64,000 bases of DNA from the IMG/VR virus record IMGVR_UViG_3300033414_000001, positions 1 through 64,000 of that record; one strand, given 5' to 3'. The translations under genes and the position numbers were made by a program. This DNA is from a virus. Lineage: Duplodnaviria; Caudoviricetes. Under the pieces are notes generated by a model. That model saw nothing but the letters and a program-made list of their open reading frames with translations. It did no database searches and was not told the DNA's origin. Positions 44,971-53,431 of the stretch are shown here, piece by piece (the stretch's first letter is position 1; the number at the start of each line of letters is the position of its first letter).

Positions 44971-46107
44971 ATGCCAGATCTGCCGTCATTCCAGGACCTG
45001 TTTCGCGCCGCTCGCGACGAGGCAATGTCGCGCAACCCGCTGCTGACTCTGGATGCCATCCAGCGCGACGGGTCCGACGCCAACGTGCTTGTAGCGTCGG
45101 CCGCTGGCATGGGCGACGAGGTGATGGCGCAGCTCGCGCAGTCGCTTGCGAGCCTATTCCTGGACTCGGCTGCCGGCGACGATCTGGATCGGCTGGTGTT
45201 CGATCGTTACGGCCTTGTTCGCAAGGCGGCAAGCCCGGCCGTTGTCACGATTCGCTTCACGACTACCGCCCCAACGCCAGGCCCATTCACGATCGCGCAG
45301 GGAACGTTGCTGCAAACCGCGTCTGGCGTGCAGTTCATCACCACGAGCCCCAGCACGGTATTCCCTGGCGGCGGGACCGGGCCGGTTGATCTTGCGGCGC
45401 GATCGACGCTGGCCGGCTCATCGCAGCAAACGCAGATCGGGACCATCACCAGTATCGTTTCGGTCGTCCCAGGATCGCCATCCGATCTTCGGGCGACGAA
45501 CCCGCTGGCATCCGCTGGCGCCGGAGACGCGGAGAGCGATGACTCACTGCGGGATCGAGCGCGCCGCTTCTTCTCGACGGTGCGCCGCGGCACGGCGTCC
45601 GCGCTGATCGCGGGTGCGCTGGCAACCCCGGGCGTCGTCCGTGCGTCCGTGTTCGAGTCCGTCGGTTCCGTGGAGCTCGTGATCGCGGACGCGTACACCG
45701 ACACGCTGGCGCAACTCGCGACGGTTCCGCCGAGCTATCAGACGCAGGCAGTGGCATTGTCGACGGCGGTGGACGCGACGCTGGTGGACTATCGGGCAGC
45801 CGGGATCCGCGTCACCGTGACGGTGGCGCAGGTTGTGATGCAGCCGATCCAGATCCTTCTGACGTTTTTCGCCGGGGCCGACGTGGTGACGGTGGCCAAG
45901 GCCGCGCGAGACGCAATGGTGGCGTATACCAACGGCCTTGCTCCCGGGCAGCCCTGGGTGGTCGCTGACGCCATCGCTGCCCTTCGCTCGGTCGGAGGTC
46001 TCGTGGTCTCCGGCTCTGACGTGCTTTCGCCGGTTGGAGACGTGTCGCCGACTGGGCTTCAGGTGATTCGGACAAGCCCCAACCTGGTGGTGGCGGCGAC
46101 TCCATGA
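44971..46107 (+). CDS. Baseplate J-like protein
   Basis: AAGDDLDRL, AGAGDAESDDSLRDRA, RRGTASAL, PGVVRASV. Confidence 0.88.
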   Translation: MPDLPSFQDLFRAARDEAMSRNPLLTLDAIQRDGSDANVLVASAAGMGDEVMAQLAQSLASLFLDSAAGDDLDRLVFDRYGLVRKAASPAVVTIRFTTTAPTPGPFTIAQGTLLQTASGVQFITTSPSTVFPGGGTGPVDLAARSTLAGSSQQTQIGTITSIVSVVPGSPSDLRATNPLASAGAGDAESDDSLRDRARRFFSTVRRGTASALIAGALATPGVVRASVFESVGSVELVIADAYTDTLAQLATVPPSYQTQAVALSTAVDATLVDYRAAGIRVTVTVAQVVMQPIQILLTFFAGADVVTVAKAARDAMVAYTNGLAPGQPWVVADAIAALRSVGGLVVSGSDVLSPVGDVSPTGLQVIRTSPNLVVAATP

Positions 46108-47288
46108 TCGGCTACGAGGAGACCAACAAGCCGGCGGTGGACGCGGAGCGGCAACTCCAAGCGCACTATCTCTCCGTGTTGGACAGGCTCCTGCCTCGGG
46201 CCTATCTCGACTCACTCAAGAGCCCCGGCCCCGGTTACGAGCAGCTCCAGGGATTTGCCAAGCTATGCGAGCGACTATCCCTTGCTGTGGCCCACTACAA
46301 GGTGGGCGGCATCATCGGAACGTCGGCAGGCCCGCAACGATCTCGCTGCCATGTGGCTCTGTCGAGATCGGCTCCCGGGACGCTGGCGGTGACCGTCAAG
46401 GCTGGGTCGATCGTCCGAGCATCCAAGGGCAATCGGGATTTCGTTCTGCTAGGGGACGTGGTCTTCGCGGCGCTCGACGTGGGCCCACACAACGTCATCG
46501 TCGAGGCGGTTGCGGCCGGGTACGAGTGGAACATCCCGGGGCCCGTGACGCTGCCGGGCGGCGTCGTGTTGCCCGGGGAGATCGACACGGCGTTCAGCGT
46601 CATCCAGGACCCGCCATACACGGACGCATCGATCGTGGTCGCCCAAGTCGACGACGCGACCGGTGGGCAGGACGCCGTGCTGGACGAGCACGCCATCGAC
46701 CGCGGGCTGCGTCGATCCGGGGGCGAGACGGACCCGGCGCTCCAATTGCGCATCACAACGCTTCCCGACACGGTGAGCCCGGGGGCGTTCAATCGGTTGC
46801 TGCACGCACTGCTCGACCCTTTGGGAGCCACGTTCGAACTCATCGAGGTGTGGGACCAAAGGTTCCAGACCTGCTGGAATGGCCCGAACACCGTCTTCCC
46901 AGCGCCAAGCACGTACGCGCCCAATCTGTTTGCCTACAACGATCCGCGACCGCCGCCGGCCGCTCCGACGCCGTTCAGCTTCTACGGTCGCTGGATGAGC
47001 GGAATTGTCGGCGTGATCGTGGTCGTCCCGGTGATCGGTGTCCTGGATCTGGGAATGGCGTACAACGACACAGCAGCGACTCCGGCGGGCTTCAAGACTG
47101 GGCCACTGCTCAATGGGTTGCGAGCTTACGGGGCCTGGAATGTTCCGGCCTCATTCGCGGCTGGAGCTCAAGGCGCCTACAACGGCTTCGACGTGGGCGT
47201 CGCGTCGCTGTACAAGAGCATCTACGATAGCCTGCAAGCCATCAAGGCGGCCGGCGTTCCGGTAACTGTCGAACTTGCGGGGCAATAG
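46104..47288 (+). CDS. Second baseplate wedge protein with J-like segment
   Basis: VTVKAGSIV, VEAVAAGYEWNIPG, GETDPALQLRI. Confidence 0.7.
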   Translation: MIGYEETNKPAVDAERQLQAHYLSVLDRLLPRAYLDSLKSPGPGYEQLQGFAKLCERLSLAVAHYKVGGIIGTSAGPQRSRCHVALSRSAPGTLAVTVKAGSIVRASKGNRDFVLLGDVVFAALDVGPHNVIVEAVAAGYEWNIPGPVTLPGGVVLPGEIDTAFSVIQDPPYTDASIVVAQVDDATGGQDAVLDEHAIDRGLRRSGGETDPALQLRITTLPDTVSPGAFNRLLHALLDPLGATFELIEVWDQRFQTCWNGPNTVFPAPSTYAPNLFAYNDPRPPPAAPTPFSFYGRWMSGIVGVIVVVPVIGVLDLGMAYNDTAATPAGFKTGPLLNGLRAYGAWNVPASFAAGAQGAYNGFDVGVASLYKSIYDSLQAIKAAGVPVTVELAGQ

Positions 47289-47296
47289 GAGCAATC

Positions 47297-48694
47297 ATGG
47301 CGAACCAGGCATTTGATCGCGAAATCATCCACCCGCTGGAGCGCCCGCTCGCGGACGACATCGACCAAGCGCAAAGCCAGATCGATCGCTCCCTGCGAGA
47401 TCTGCTCCGTCGCCTGTTCTCCGACGCGGCCGGGACGATCTACAGCGGCTTCGTCGCGAATGGTCTCCTGGTGGCGCCATCCTCGCCGGCAGCAATGAGC
47501 GTGGTCGTTACCGCTGGGCTCGGGTTCCAGGACCTGCCGGCCGACGTGCCGTCAAGCATTGGCGGAGTCGTTGGCCTGGACGATCTCAGCCCGTACAAGC
47601 CGCTGGTTCTCTCGGCCGACCAGACCATCGCGATCGACGCCTCCCCCGCCCCCGGCCAGAATCGGATCGACATCATCGAGGTGAAGACCGACCGACGCGC
47701 AGAGAATCCGAGCACGCGCGACATCCTGAACCCCGGAACCGGGCTGTTTGTTCCCGGCTCGGTCAACAAGACGCTCGCCTTCGACTTGCTCGGCCGCAAC
47801 GCCAGAGTCGTCAGCCCAGCCAACAGCACGACCGGCATCGGATACAAGGTCGGCGTGGCGGCCGTTGCCGGTTCCGAGGTCGCCCCGGCGACGACCGCGG
47901 GCTACCTCAAGCTCTGCGAGATCCACGTGATCGGCGGAGTGACAACGATCACCGCGGGTGCGCTCACGGATTTTCGATCCAGCCTCTCCGCCATCACGTC
48001 AGCTCTGGCAAGCCTGCTGGCTACCGCACACACGTGGTCGGCGCTCCAGACGTTTTCGGCCGGCATCAAGGCATCGAACACCACGGCGGCGCGAGCGATC
48101 GTGGCTCTTGCTGGAACCGCAACGGAACCCGCGCAGCCTGCCGGGACGGCGCTGGTGGGCGTCGGAGACGCGGCGGGCCCTGGCGTGTCTGGTGTCGGTG
48201 GCCCTACCGCAGGGCCGGGAGTGAGCGGGGTGGGTGGGGCGTCGAGCGGCCCCGGGATGAGCGGTGTGGGTGGGGCCCCGAACGGCGCCGGGTACACCGG
48301 CACCGGAACTGGCACCGGGCCGGGCGTCCTCGGAACCGGTGGAGCGGGGGGCGGTAACGGCCTAGAAGGCGTGGGCGTTGGCGCTGGCAGGGGAGTGACT
48401 GGAACGTCGGCGGGGGCCAATGCTGCGGTTGAAGGAACCGGAAGCGCCGTCGCCTCAAGTGCAGGAGTTGCAGGCACCGGAAAAATCGGCCTGCGAGGGG
48501 TCGGCGTAGACGGCACGGCGCAGGCACTTCGAGTGAGCGCGACATCCGGAACCCTGGGATCTCACATCTGGTTCGAAAACTCCGTTACCGATCCGTCGTC
48601 AGGAATTGGAGCCGGGTCCGCCGCCATGTACTTCGACGGTACGAATCTCAAGCTCAAGATCGGCGCCGTCGTATACACGATCACCATGGTGTGA
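47297..48694 (+). CDS. Tail fibre with Gly-rich repeats
   Basis: N-terminal fibre anchor (GQNRIDII); tandem ~12-aa GPG(V/M)SGVGG repeats. Confidence 0.75.
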   Translation: MANQAFDREIIHPLERPLADDIDQAQSQIDRSLRDLLRRLFSDAAGTIYSGFVANGLLVAPSSPAAMSVVVTAGLGFQDLPADVPSSIGGVVGLDDLSPYKPLVLSADQTIAIDASPAPGQNRIDIIEVKTDRRAENPSTRDILNPGTGLFVPGSVNKTLAFDLLGRNARVVSPANSTTGIGYKVGVAAVAGSEVAPATTAGYLKLCEIHVIGGVTTITAGALTDFRSSLSAITSALASLLATAHTWSALQTFSAGIKASNTTAARAIVALAGTATEPAQPAGTALVGVGDAAGPGVSGVGGPTAGPGVSGVGGASSGPGMSGVGGAPNGAGYTGTGTGTGPGVLGTGGAGGGNGLEGVGVGAGRGVTGTSAGANAAVEGTGSAVASSAGVAGTGKIGLRGVGVDGTAQALRVSATSGTLGSHIWFENSVTDPSSGIGAGSAAMYFDGTNLKLKIGAVVYTITMV

Positions 48695-48704
48695 GGATCT
48701 AGCC

Positions 48705-49133
48705 GTGATCGTCTCGCTCACCGGAGTCCTGTGGGATCAGCCGACGCCTGCCGCTGGCGTGCCGGTCAACCCGCGCACAGCGCTCACCTTCCCGCTCGGC
48801 AACGATGTCGCGGTGAATCTGCGCGTCGTGAAAGCCAGCGGGCCTCCAGTGACGGTCGATCTTTCCGCCCCTGGCGTCTCGCTGAAACTCACCGTGAAGC
48901 GCACTCCGCTTGACTCGAACGAGATGCTGTCGATCTTGGCGACCGCCGGAGCGGGGCTCGGGAACTACGTCATCGTCATCCCTGCGGCGCTGCAACGCGC
49001 GCGGCAACTTGGCCCCGGACGCTACTTCTACGACGTGCTGCTGACGCAGGTAGCTGGCGCGACCGTCACGCGCGATTCCGTGATCCCTGCTTCTCCGCTG
49101 ATCGTAGAGCCCGGCATCGCCAACAACCCATGA
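48705..49133 (+). CDS. Beta-sandwich distal tail accessory protein
   Basis: GRYFYDV motif; follows the fibre gene. Confidence 0.55.
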   Translation: MIVSLTGVLWDQPTPAAGVPVNPRTALTFPLGNDVAVNLRVVKASGPPVTVDLSAPGVSLKLTVKRTPLDSNEMLSILATAGAGLGNYVIVIPAALQRARQLGPGRYFYDVLLTQVAGATVTRDSVIPASPLIVEPGIANNP

Positions 49134-49143
49134 GGTCAACTCA

Positions 49144-49614
49144 ATGGACATGCCCGCCGACATCTCCGCTCACTTCTCCGCCGTCGAAGTGGTCACCACG
49201 GCTCAGCGCGATCTCGTTCCGGAGCAGATGCGCATCTGGAATGGCACGCTTGCGATCCGGACGAACGCGAAGCGCCACGCCATCCTCATGGAGAAGATTC
49301 GCAACGTGCTCGGAGTTCCGCTACACGTCAACTCCTGGTATCGTTGCCCGACGCTGAATGCGCGCGTGGGCGGCGTCACGAACAGTCGTCACATGCTGGC
49401 GCTGGCCACCGATTTCGTTCCGATCGGCATGACGCTCGACGATGCAATGCGACGGATCTCTTCTGCGGTACGTCGGGGCGAGTTGCCAGAGCTGGACAAA
49501 ATCATCATCGAGTGTGGTGCCTGGATCCACGTACAGAGCGCGCTTGACGGAACGGGACCGAGGCTGCTGTGCCTCAAGTCGGAGGACGGAGAGCGCTTCG
49601 AGCGCTACGTCTAG
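49144..49614 (+). CDS. Endolysin, peptidase M15A-like
   Basis: VNSWYRCPTLNARVGG..NSRHM..LATDF...WIHV. Confidence 0.88.
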   Translation: MDMPADISAHFSAVEVVTTAQRDLVPEQMRIWNGTLAIRTNAKRHAILMEKIRNVLGVPLHVNSWYRCPTLNARVGGVTNSRHMLALATDFVPIGMTLDDAMRRISSAVRRGELPELDKIIIECGAWIHVQSALDGTGPRLLCLKSEDGERFERYV

Positions 49615-49616
49615 AG

Positions 49617-49979
49617 ATGCCGTCGCGCGCACTCATTCTTCTGGGGAGCTTCGCTGTCGCGCTGGCCGCCGCGCACGCGGTCGCTGATCCCGGCGCCGCC
49701 GCACTCCCTGCGGTCGATGCGCTTGGACCGCTCAAGGCGGTGGCGGCGTTCCTCCAGACCTTCGGGTCGCTCGGGTTTGCTGTCGTGGCCGGCTGGTGGG
49801 GTCTCAAGAAGGACAAGGAGACCAAGGATCTCACTGTACGTTACGAGGCTCAATCCCAGGCTACGTACAATCAGGCGGTGGGGTTGGTGAAGACCATGAC
49901 GGAGGCGTTGGTGAAGATGGAGGCCACCGTTTCGGCGCTCCGCGGCGTGATCGAATCCATGGAGCGAAGGCTGGAGTGA
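49617..49979 (+). CDS. Holin-like membrane protein
   Basis: Two hydrophobic segments plus coiled-coil tail, adjacent to endolysin. Confidence 0.55.
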   Translation: MPSRALILLGSFAVALAAAHAVADPGAAALPAVDALGPLKAVAAFLQTFGSLGFAVVAGWWGLKKDKETKDLTVRYEAQSQATYNQAVGLVKTMTEALVKMEATVSALRGVIESMERRLE

Positions 49980-49986
49980 GACGGTC

Positions 49987-50334
49987 ATGAATCTCTCTCG
50001 CCATCGATCGCCGCATGTCAGTATCGGCGATCTCCTTGTGGAGCTGGGACTCATCACGCAGGAGCAGTTGATTCGGGCAATCGAGACGAAGTTGCGGTCG
50101 ACGCCAGGGCAACTCATCGGGGAAGTCCTGATCGCACAGGGCGCCGTCACCCGATCTCAACTGGAACGCGCGCTGTCGCAGCAGAGACGAGATAGCCCAC
50201 CAGTCGAGGAGCTCCATCGCAAGACGCGAGATCTGCTTGCGAAGGCGAGCGATAGCGCGGAAACTTTGCATCGGCAGATCGACAACCTCACGTTACGCAT
50301 GCAACACATGGTTTCGGTATCGGACAGGCAGTAG
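49987..50334 (+). CDS. MshEN/GspE-N-like small protein
   Basis: Tandem IGDLLVELGLITQEQLIRAI and IGEVLIAQGAVTRSQLERALSQQ. Confidence 0.7.
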   Translation: MNLSRHRSPHVSIGDLLVELGLITQEQLIRAIETKLRSTPGQLIGEVLIAQGAVTRSQLERALSQQRRDSPPVEELHRKTRDLLAKASDSAETLHRQIDNLTLRMQHMVSVSDRQ

Positions 50335-50356
50335 ACACACACAGGAGAAACAAACA

Positions 50357-51193
50357 GTGAAGACATTCTCGCTTCGCATTGGGCTCATCGCGGCAGGGCT
50401 GCTCGTCCTTCTCTTCGGCGCCGTGGCGCTGGCGCAGGCGACCGGCGCGCCGCCTGCGGACCCGCTCTCCCTCATCTCCATTCTCGTTTCCGCGGCCCAG
50501 GGTCATCAGTGGGGCATCGTCGCGGGGGTGGCGCTGTCCGGGCTGACGTACGTTCTGCGGGCATGGGTGATGCCCGGCTGGAAGTGGGCGCAGACCGATC
50601 GCGGAGGCGTTGCCCTGGCGCTCGCGGTTTCCGTCGCCGGCACCGTCTCCACGGCGCTTCTGTCCGGCACAACCTCCTGGTCCGTGCTCCTCGATGCGGT
50701 CGCGGCGTTGCTCCTGTCGTCCGGCGCCTATTCGGTCGTCAAGAAGACGGTGGCCCCGTCCGATGTCGCGAAGGGTCTTCTCGTGTTCGTCTTGCTGATC
50801 GGCGCCGACTCCGCTCGCGCTGACGGTCTCGTTGCGCCGGCCTTCGGCGGCTGCAGGGACACGACCTGCTACGGCCCTTCGGTCTCGCTGTCCGTGCTCG
50901 CGATCTCGCTCAAGGATGGCTCCGTGTCGACGCTCGCGCTCCCGGGCCTCGGTTACGGAGCGACCTGGCGAGCCGACAAGTGGTACCGGTACGGCGTCAG
51001 CTCGCACTTCTCGCTGCGGAGCACCTCGGACGGACAGCGCCCGCAGGTAGCGATCGTCGGCTCCTTTGCCGAGTACCTGCGCTTCGGGCTCGCCCAAGTG
51101 GTAGGAGGAGGCGGAACGACTCGGGAGCGGACCTCGATCCTGGTGTCGTTCGGAGCCGACTTCGGCGGATCTCCCGCCGCTTCGAGTCCGTAA
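50357..51193 (+). CDS. Multi-pass membrane protein fused to a beta-rich exported domain
   Basis: Signal-like N-terminus, several TM helices, second hydrophobic SARA-DG segment, then amphipathic strands. Confidence 0.6.
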   Translation: MKTFSLRIGLIAAGLLVLLFGAVALAQATGAPPADPLSLISILVSAAQGHQWGIVAGVALSGLTYVLRAWVMPGWKWAQTDRGGVALALAVSVAGTVSTALLSGTTSWSVLLDAVAALLLSSGAYSVVKKTVAPSDVAKGLLVFVLLIGADSARADGLVAPAFGGCRDTTCYGPSVSLSVLAISLKDGSVSTLALPGLGYGATWRADKWYRYGVSSHFSLRSTSDGQRPQVAIVGSFAEYLRFGLAQVVGGGGTTRERTSILVSFGADFGGSPAASSP

Positions 51194-51197
51194 GCTC

Positions 51198-51578
51198 ATG
51201 ATCGCTCTTCTCGTTGGTCTCGCCTTGGCTCTGGCCGCCAGCAGTATCGCGGCCGGGGTCCAGGCGGTCCGAGCGGCATCTCTCGCGGCAGACCTGAAAT
51301 TGGCAACGGCCAGAGCCAATGAACTGACGCAGGCCGTTTCCGATGCCGCAGAAGAGCGACTCGTTCTCGTGCATCGATACGAGGCCGCAGTCGCCGACCT
51401 CAAGCAAAGCGTTGTGGAGCTGGAGGGCCTGATCGATGCGCACGCTGATCCCGAGCTTGTTCGCGCTCGCCTGCGCGAGCTGCTGTCCGGTGAAGCCTCT
51501 TCCGGAGCCACGCCCAATCCAGGAGTGCCTGGTGCCTCCTCCTCCGCCACGGCCGCTCATCCTCGGATCGGGGCCTGA
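51198..51578 (+). CDS. Inner-membrane spanin (Rz-like)
   Basis: N-terminal TM plus coiled coil at the end of the lysis cassette. Confidence 0.7.
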   Translation: MIALLVGLALALAASSIAAGVQAVRAASLAADLKLATARANELTQAVSDAAEERLVLVHRYEAAVADLKQSVVELEGLIDAHADPELVRARLRELLSGEASSGATPNPGVPGASSSATAAHPRIGA

Positions 51579-51708
51579 CGCAGGGTGCCCAGCGCCATTC
51601 ACCATCTGCTACAGCGCTTCCGAGTCCATCGCGCTCGCCAGATACATCGCGGCCATGCAGCGGTGGAGCTCGGAGGCGGCAGCGCGTTGCGGGGCGATCC
51701 CGAAATAG
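51436..51708 (+). CDS. Outer-membrane spanin lipoprotein (Rz1-like)
   Basis: Overlaps the i-spanin in another frame; lipobox-like LACASC; Pro-rich. Confidence 0.7.
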   Translation: MRTLIPSLFALACASCCPVKPLPEPRPIQECLVPPPPPRPLILGSGPDAGCPAPFTICYSASESIALARYIAAMQRWSSEAAARCGAIPK

Positions 51709-51709
51709 G

Positions 51710-52108
51710 CTAGCGATTCGCCATTCGCAGCAGCTCCGCCGCCACAAGCGCCTTCTGCATCTCGGGATCGTGTTTCGCCTGACGCAAAATCGCAATCGCG
51801 TCGCTTCTGCCTCGGATAACTTTCACCCACTCACGCACCCAGTGCGTGTTGCAGGCTCGTAGCACCATGACGCCTTCCGAGATGCAATCCCGGGCAGCTC
51901 GGGCCCCGATCAGCCTCCAGCCGCGCCGCCGGAAGTCGTTCGGATCTATCCGGTGGTATGGCCCACGCTTGAAGGGCATCCCGATGGGAGCATCGTGATA
52001 GGGGGGAGCATCATAGAGGGGAGCATTGCCGGAGAGTTGACCTTCGAAGATCGGACGACCGCACGCCGGGCAGATCGGCAAATGCGGAGGAATCGGAGTG
52101 GATCGCAC
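51710..52108 (-). CDS. Hypothetical protein
   Basis: CPAC motif; converges on the lysis cassette. Confidence 0.5.
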   Translation of the reverse strand: MRSTPIPPHLPICPACGRPIFEGQLSGNAPLYDAPPYHDAPIGMPFKRGPYHRIDPNDFRRRGWRLIGARAARDCISEGVMVLRACNTHWVREWVKVIRGRSDAIAILRQAKHDPEMQKALVAAELLRMANR

Positions 52109-52111
52109 GCG

Positions 52112-52585
52112 TCACCTGCCCGGCGCGGGAGTCGTCCCGCCGGAAGGCGGCTCCTCCACGCACTTCGCCGCGAGTCGCTCGTCCCGCCATAGCGGGTTCT
52201 CGTGCCCCGCGTCCCCGATGACGATGTGACCGAATTCGTGGGCCAGAACCGCAGCGGGACACGCTCCGCCTATCTCGATGCTCATCCGGTAGTCGTCCTG
52301 ACATCCGATCGAGCCCGGGTGGCCGCAGGCTCCTCGGAAGTCGATCGGTTCGACGCGCACGAGATAGCCGCGGATATCGTCCGGGGATCCACCGAACACC
52401 GCGACGCCGATGGCGATGGCGTGCCGCGAGTCGTCTCGCGACAGTTCTCCGCCATCCAGGACGAAACAGGCGCCGTACTCGACATAGGAGCATGTCGAGG
52501 GGTCGCCATCCCAAGCCGGAGAAACTCCGCAGCCAGCAAGAACCATCAGAAGCACCGTCGCGACAGGCGATAGTTGACGTCTCAC
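52112..52585 (-). CDS. Lipoprotein with HExxH zincin motif
   Basis: Lipobox LAGC; VLAHEFGHIVIG...HE. Confidence 0.7.
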   Translation of the reverse strand: MRRQLSPVATVLLMVLAGCGVSPAWDGDPSTCSYVEYGACFVLDGGELSRDDSRHAIAIGVAVFGGSPDDIRGYLVRVEPIDFRGACGHPGSIGCQDDYRMSIEIGGACPAAVLAHEFGHIVIGDAGHENPLWRDERLAAKCVEEPPSGGTTPAPGR

Positions 52586-52826
52586 GTGATTCCCTCCGGG
52601 GATGCCAGCAGGCTCGCCGCTTCTCCTGCTAGTTGCTCCTCGTTGTGTTCCTGTTCGCCCAATCGGCCCTCTCGGGAAAGAGGCCTTGCACCATCAGATA
52701 CCACCCTGGCCCTCGGCTGGCGGTGCTCAAAGAAGGGAATCGGGGGGGGGCGCGACAATCGCGAGCTGCGACGCGTCGCGTTCGTCCAACCATCGGATCT
52801 CGAATCGCATCCACAGAAGCGAAGGG

Positions 52827-53159
52827 TCACAGGGCATCGCCGGACCCAAAAGGCAGCCAACGTTGAGGCAAGAGCTTGCCGTCGCTCCAAGTCCACAGAG
52901 TCGCCTCCTCTCGGCTCCATGCTCCACGGTCTACCCCGTCGCACCATCCCTCAAGGCGGTCATGACGCGGCTTGTCGATGTCCGTGTTGTGAGGGCCCAA
53001 TTTGATCACGCTGCCGGGGCGCTCACTCGCAACGTTCCGCCCGCACAGAACGCATAGCCAGGTGGTAGTCTTGTATTCGACCACGTGCCTCAGGGTGCCG
53101 CCCGCGAGCAGAACGGCTGCGACTCTGGCGTCTCGCGTCTCCTGGTCTTCGCCGATCAT
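52827..53159 (-). CDS. Small Cys protein, paralogue of 53156-53431
   Basis: RDARVAAVLLAGG...LCVLCG...LEGWC. Confidence 0.55.
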   Translation of the reverse strand: MIGEDQETRDARVAAVLLAGGTLRHVVEYKTTTWLCVLCGRNVASERPGSVIKLGPHNTDIDKPRHDRLEGWCDGVDRGAWSREEATLWTWSDGKLLPQRWLPFGSGDAL

Positions 53160-53431
53160 CGCGCGCCGCCGGTTGTTCCAGGAGACCCGGAGTCGGAGCC
53201 ATCGCAATAGCACCATCCGGCAAGGTCGAACATCGAAGTCAGCACGGCTGGGTTGGCATTGCTGAGCCAGGCATTCTGGCTCCTGATAGTGGCTTCGGTG
53301 CCGCACCTCACGCACAGCGGCGACTCCCGGGTGCGCGCGTGAATCACAAACCCGCCTCCCAGGATCGTCGCTGCAACGACGGCGTCGCGTCGCTCCTGCT
53401 CGGTGTCGGTCGTGATGAGAGTCGCGTCCAC
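53156..53431 (-). CDS. Small Cys protein, paralogue of 52827-53159
   Basis: RDAVVAATILGGG...LCVRCG...LAGWC. Confidence 0.55.
   Translation of the reverse strand: MDATLITTDTEQERRDAVVAATILGGGFVIHARTRESPLCVRCGTEATIRSQNAWLSNANPAVLTSMFDLAGWCYCDGSDSGSPGTTGGAR

Noticed and set aside
48150-48500. Gly-rich repeats as collagen-like or DGR target
   Set aside because: Not Gly-X-Y periodic; no reverse transcriptase or template/variable repeat pair seen
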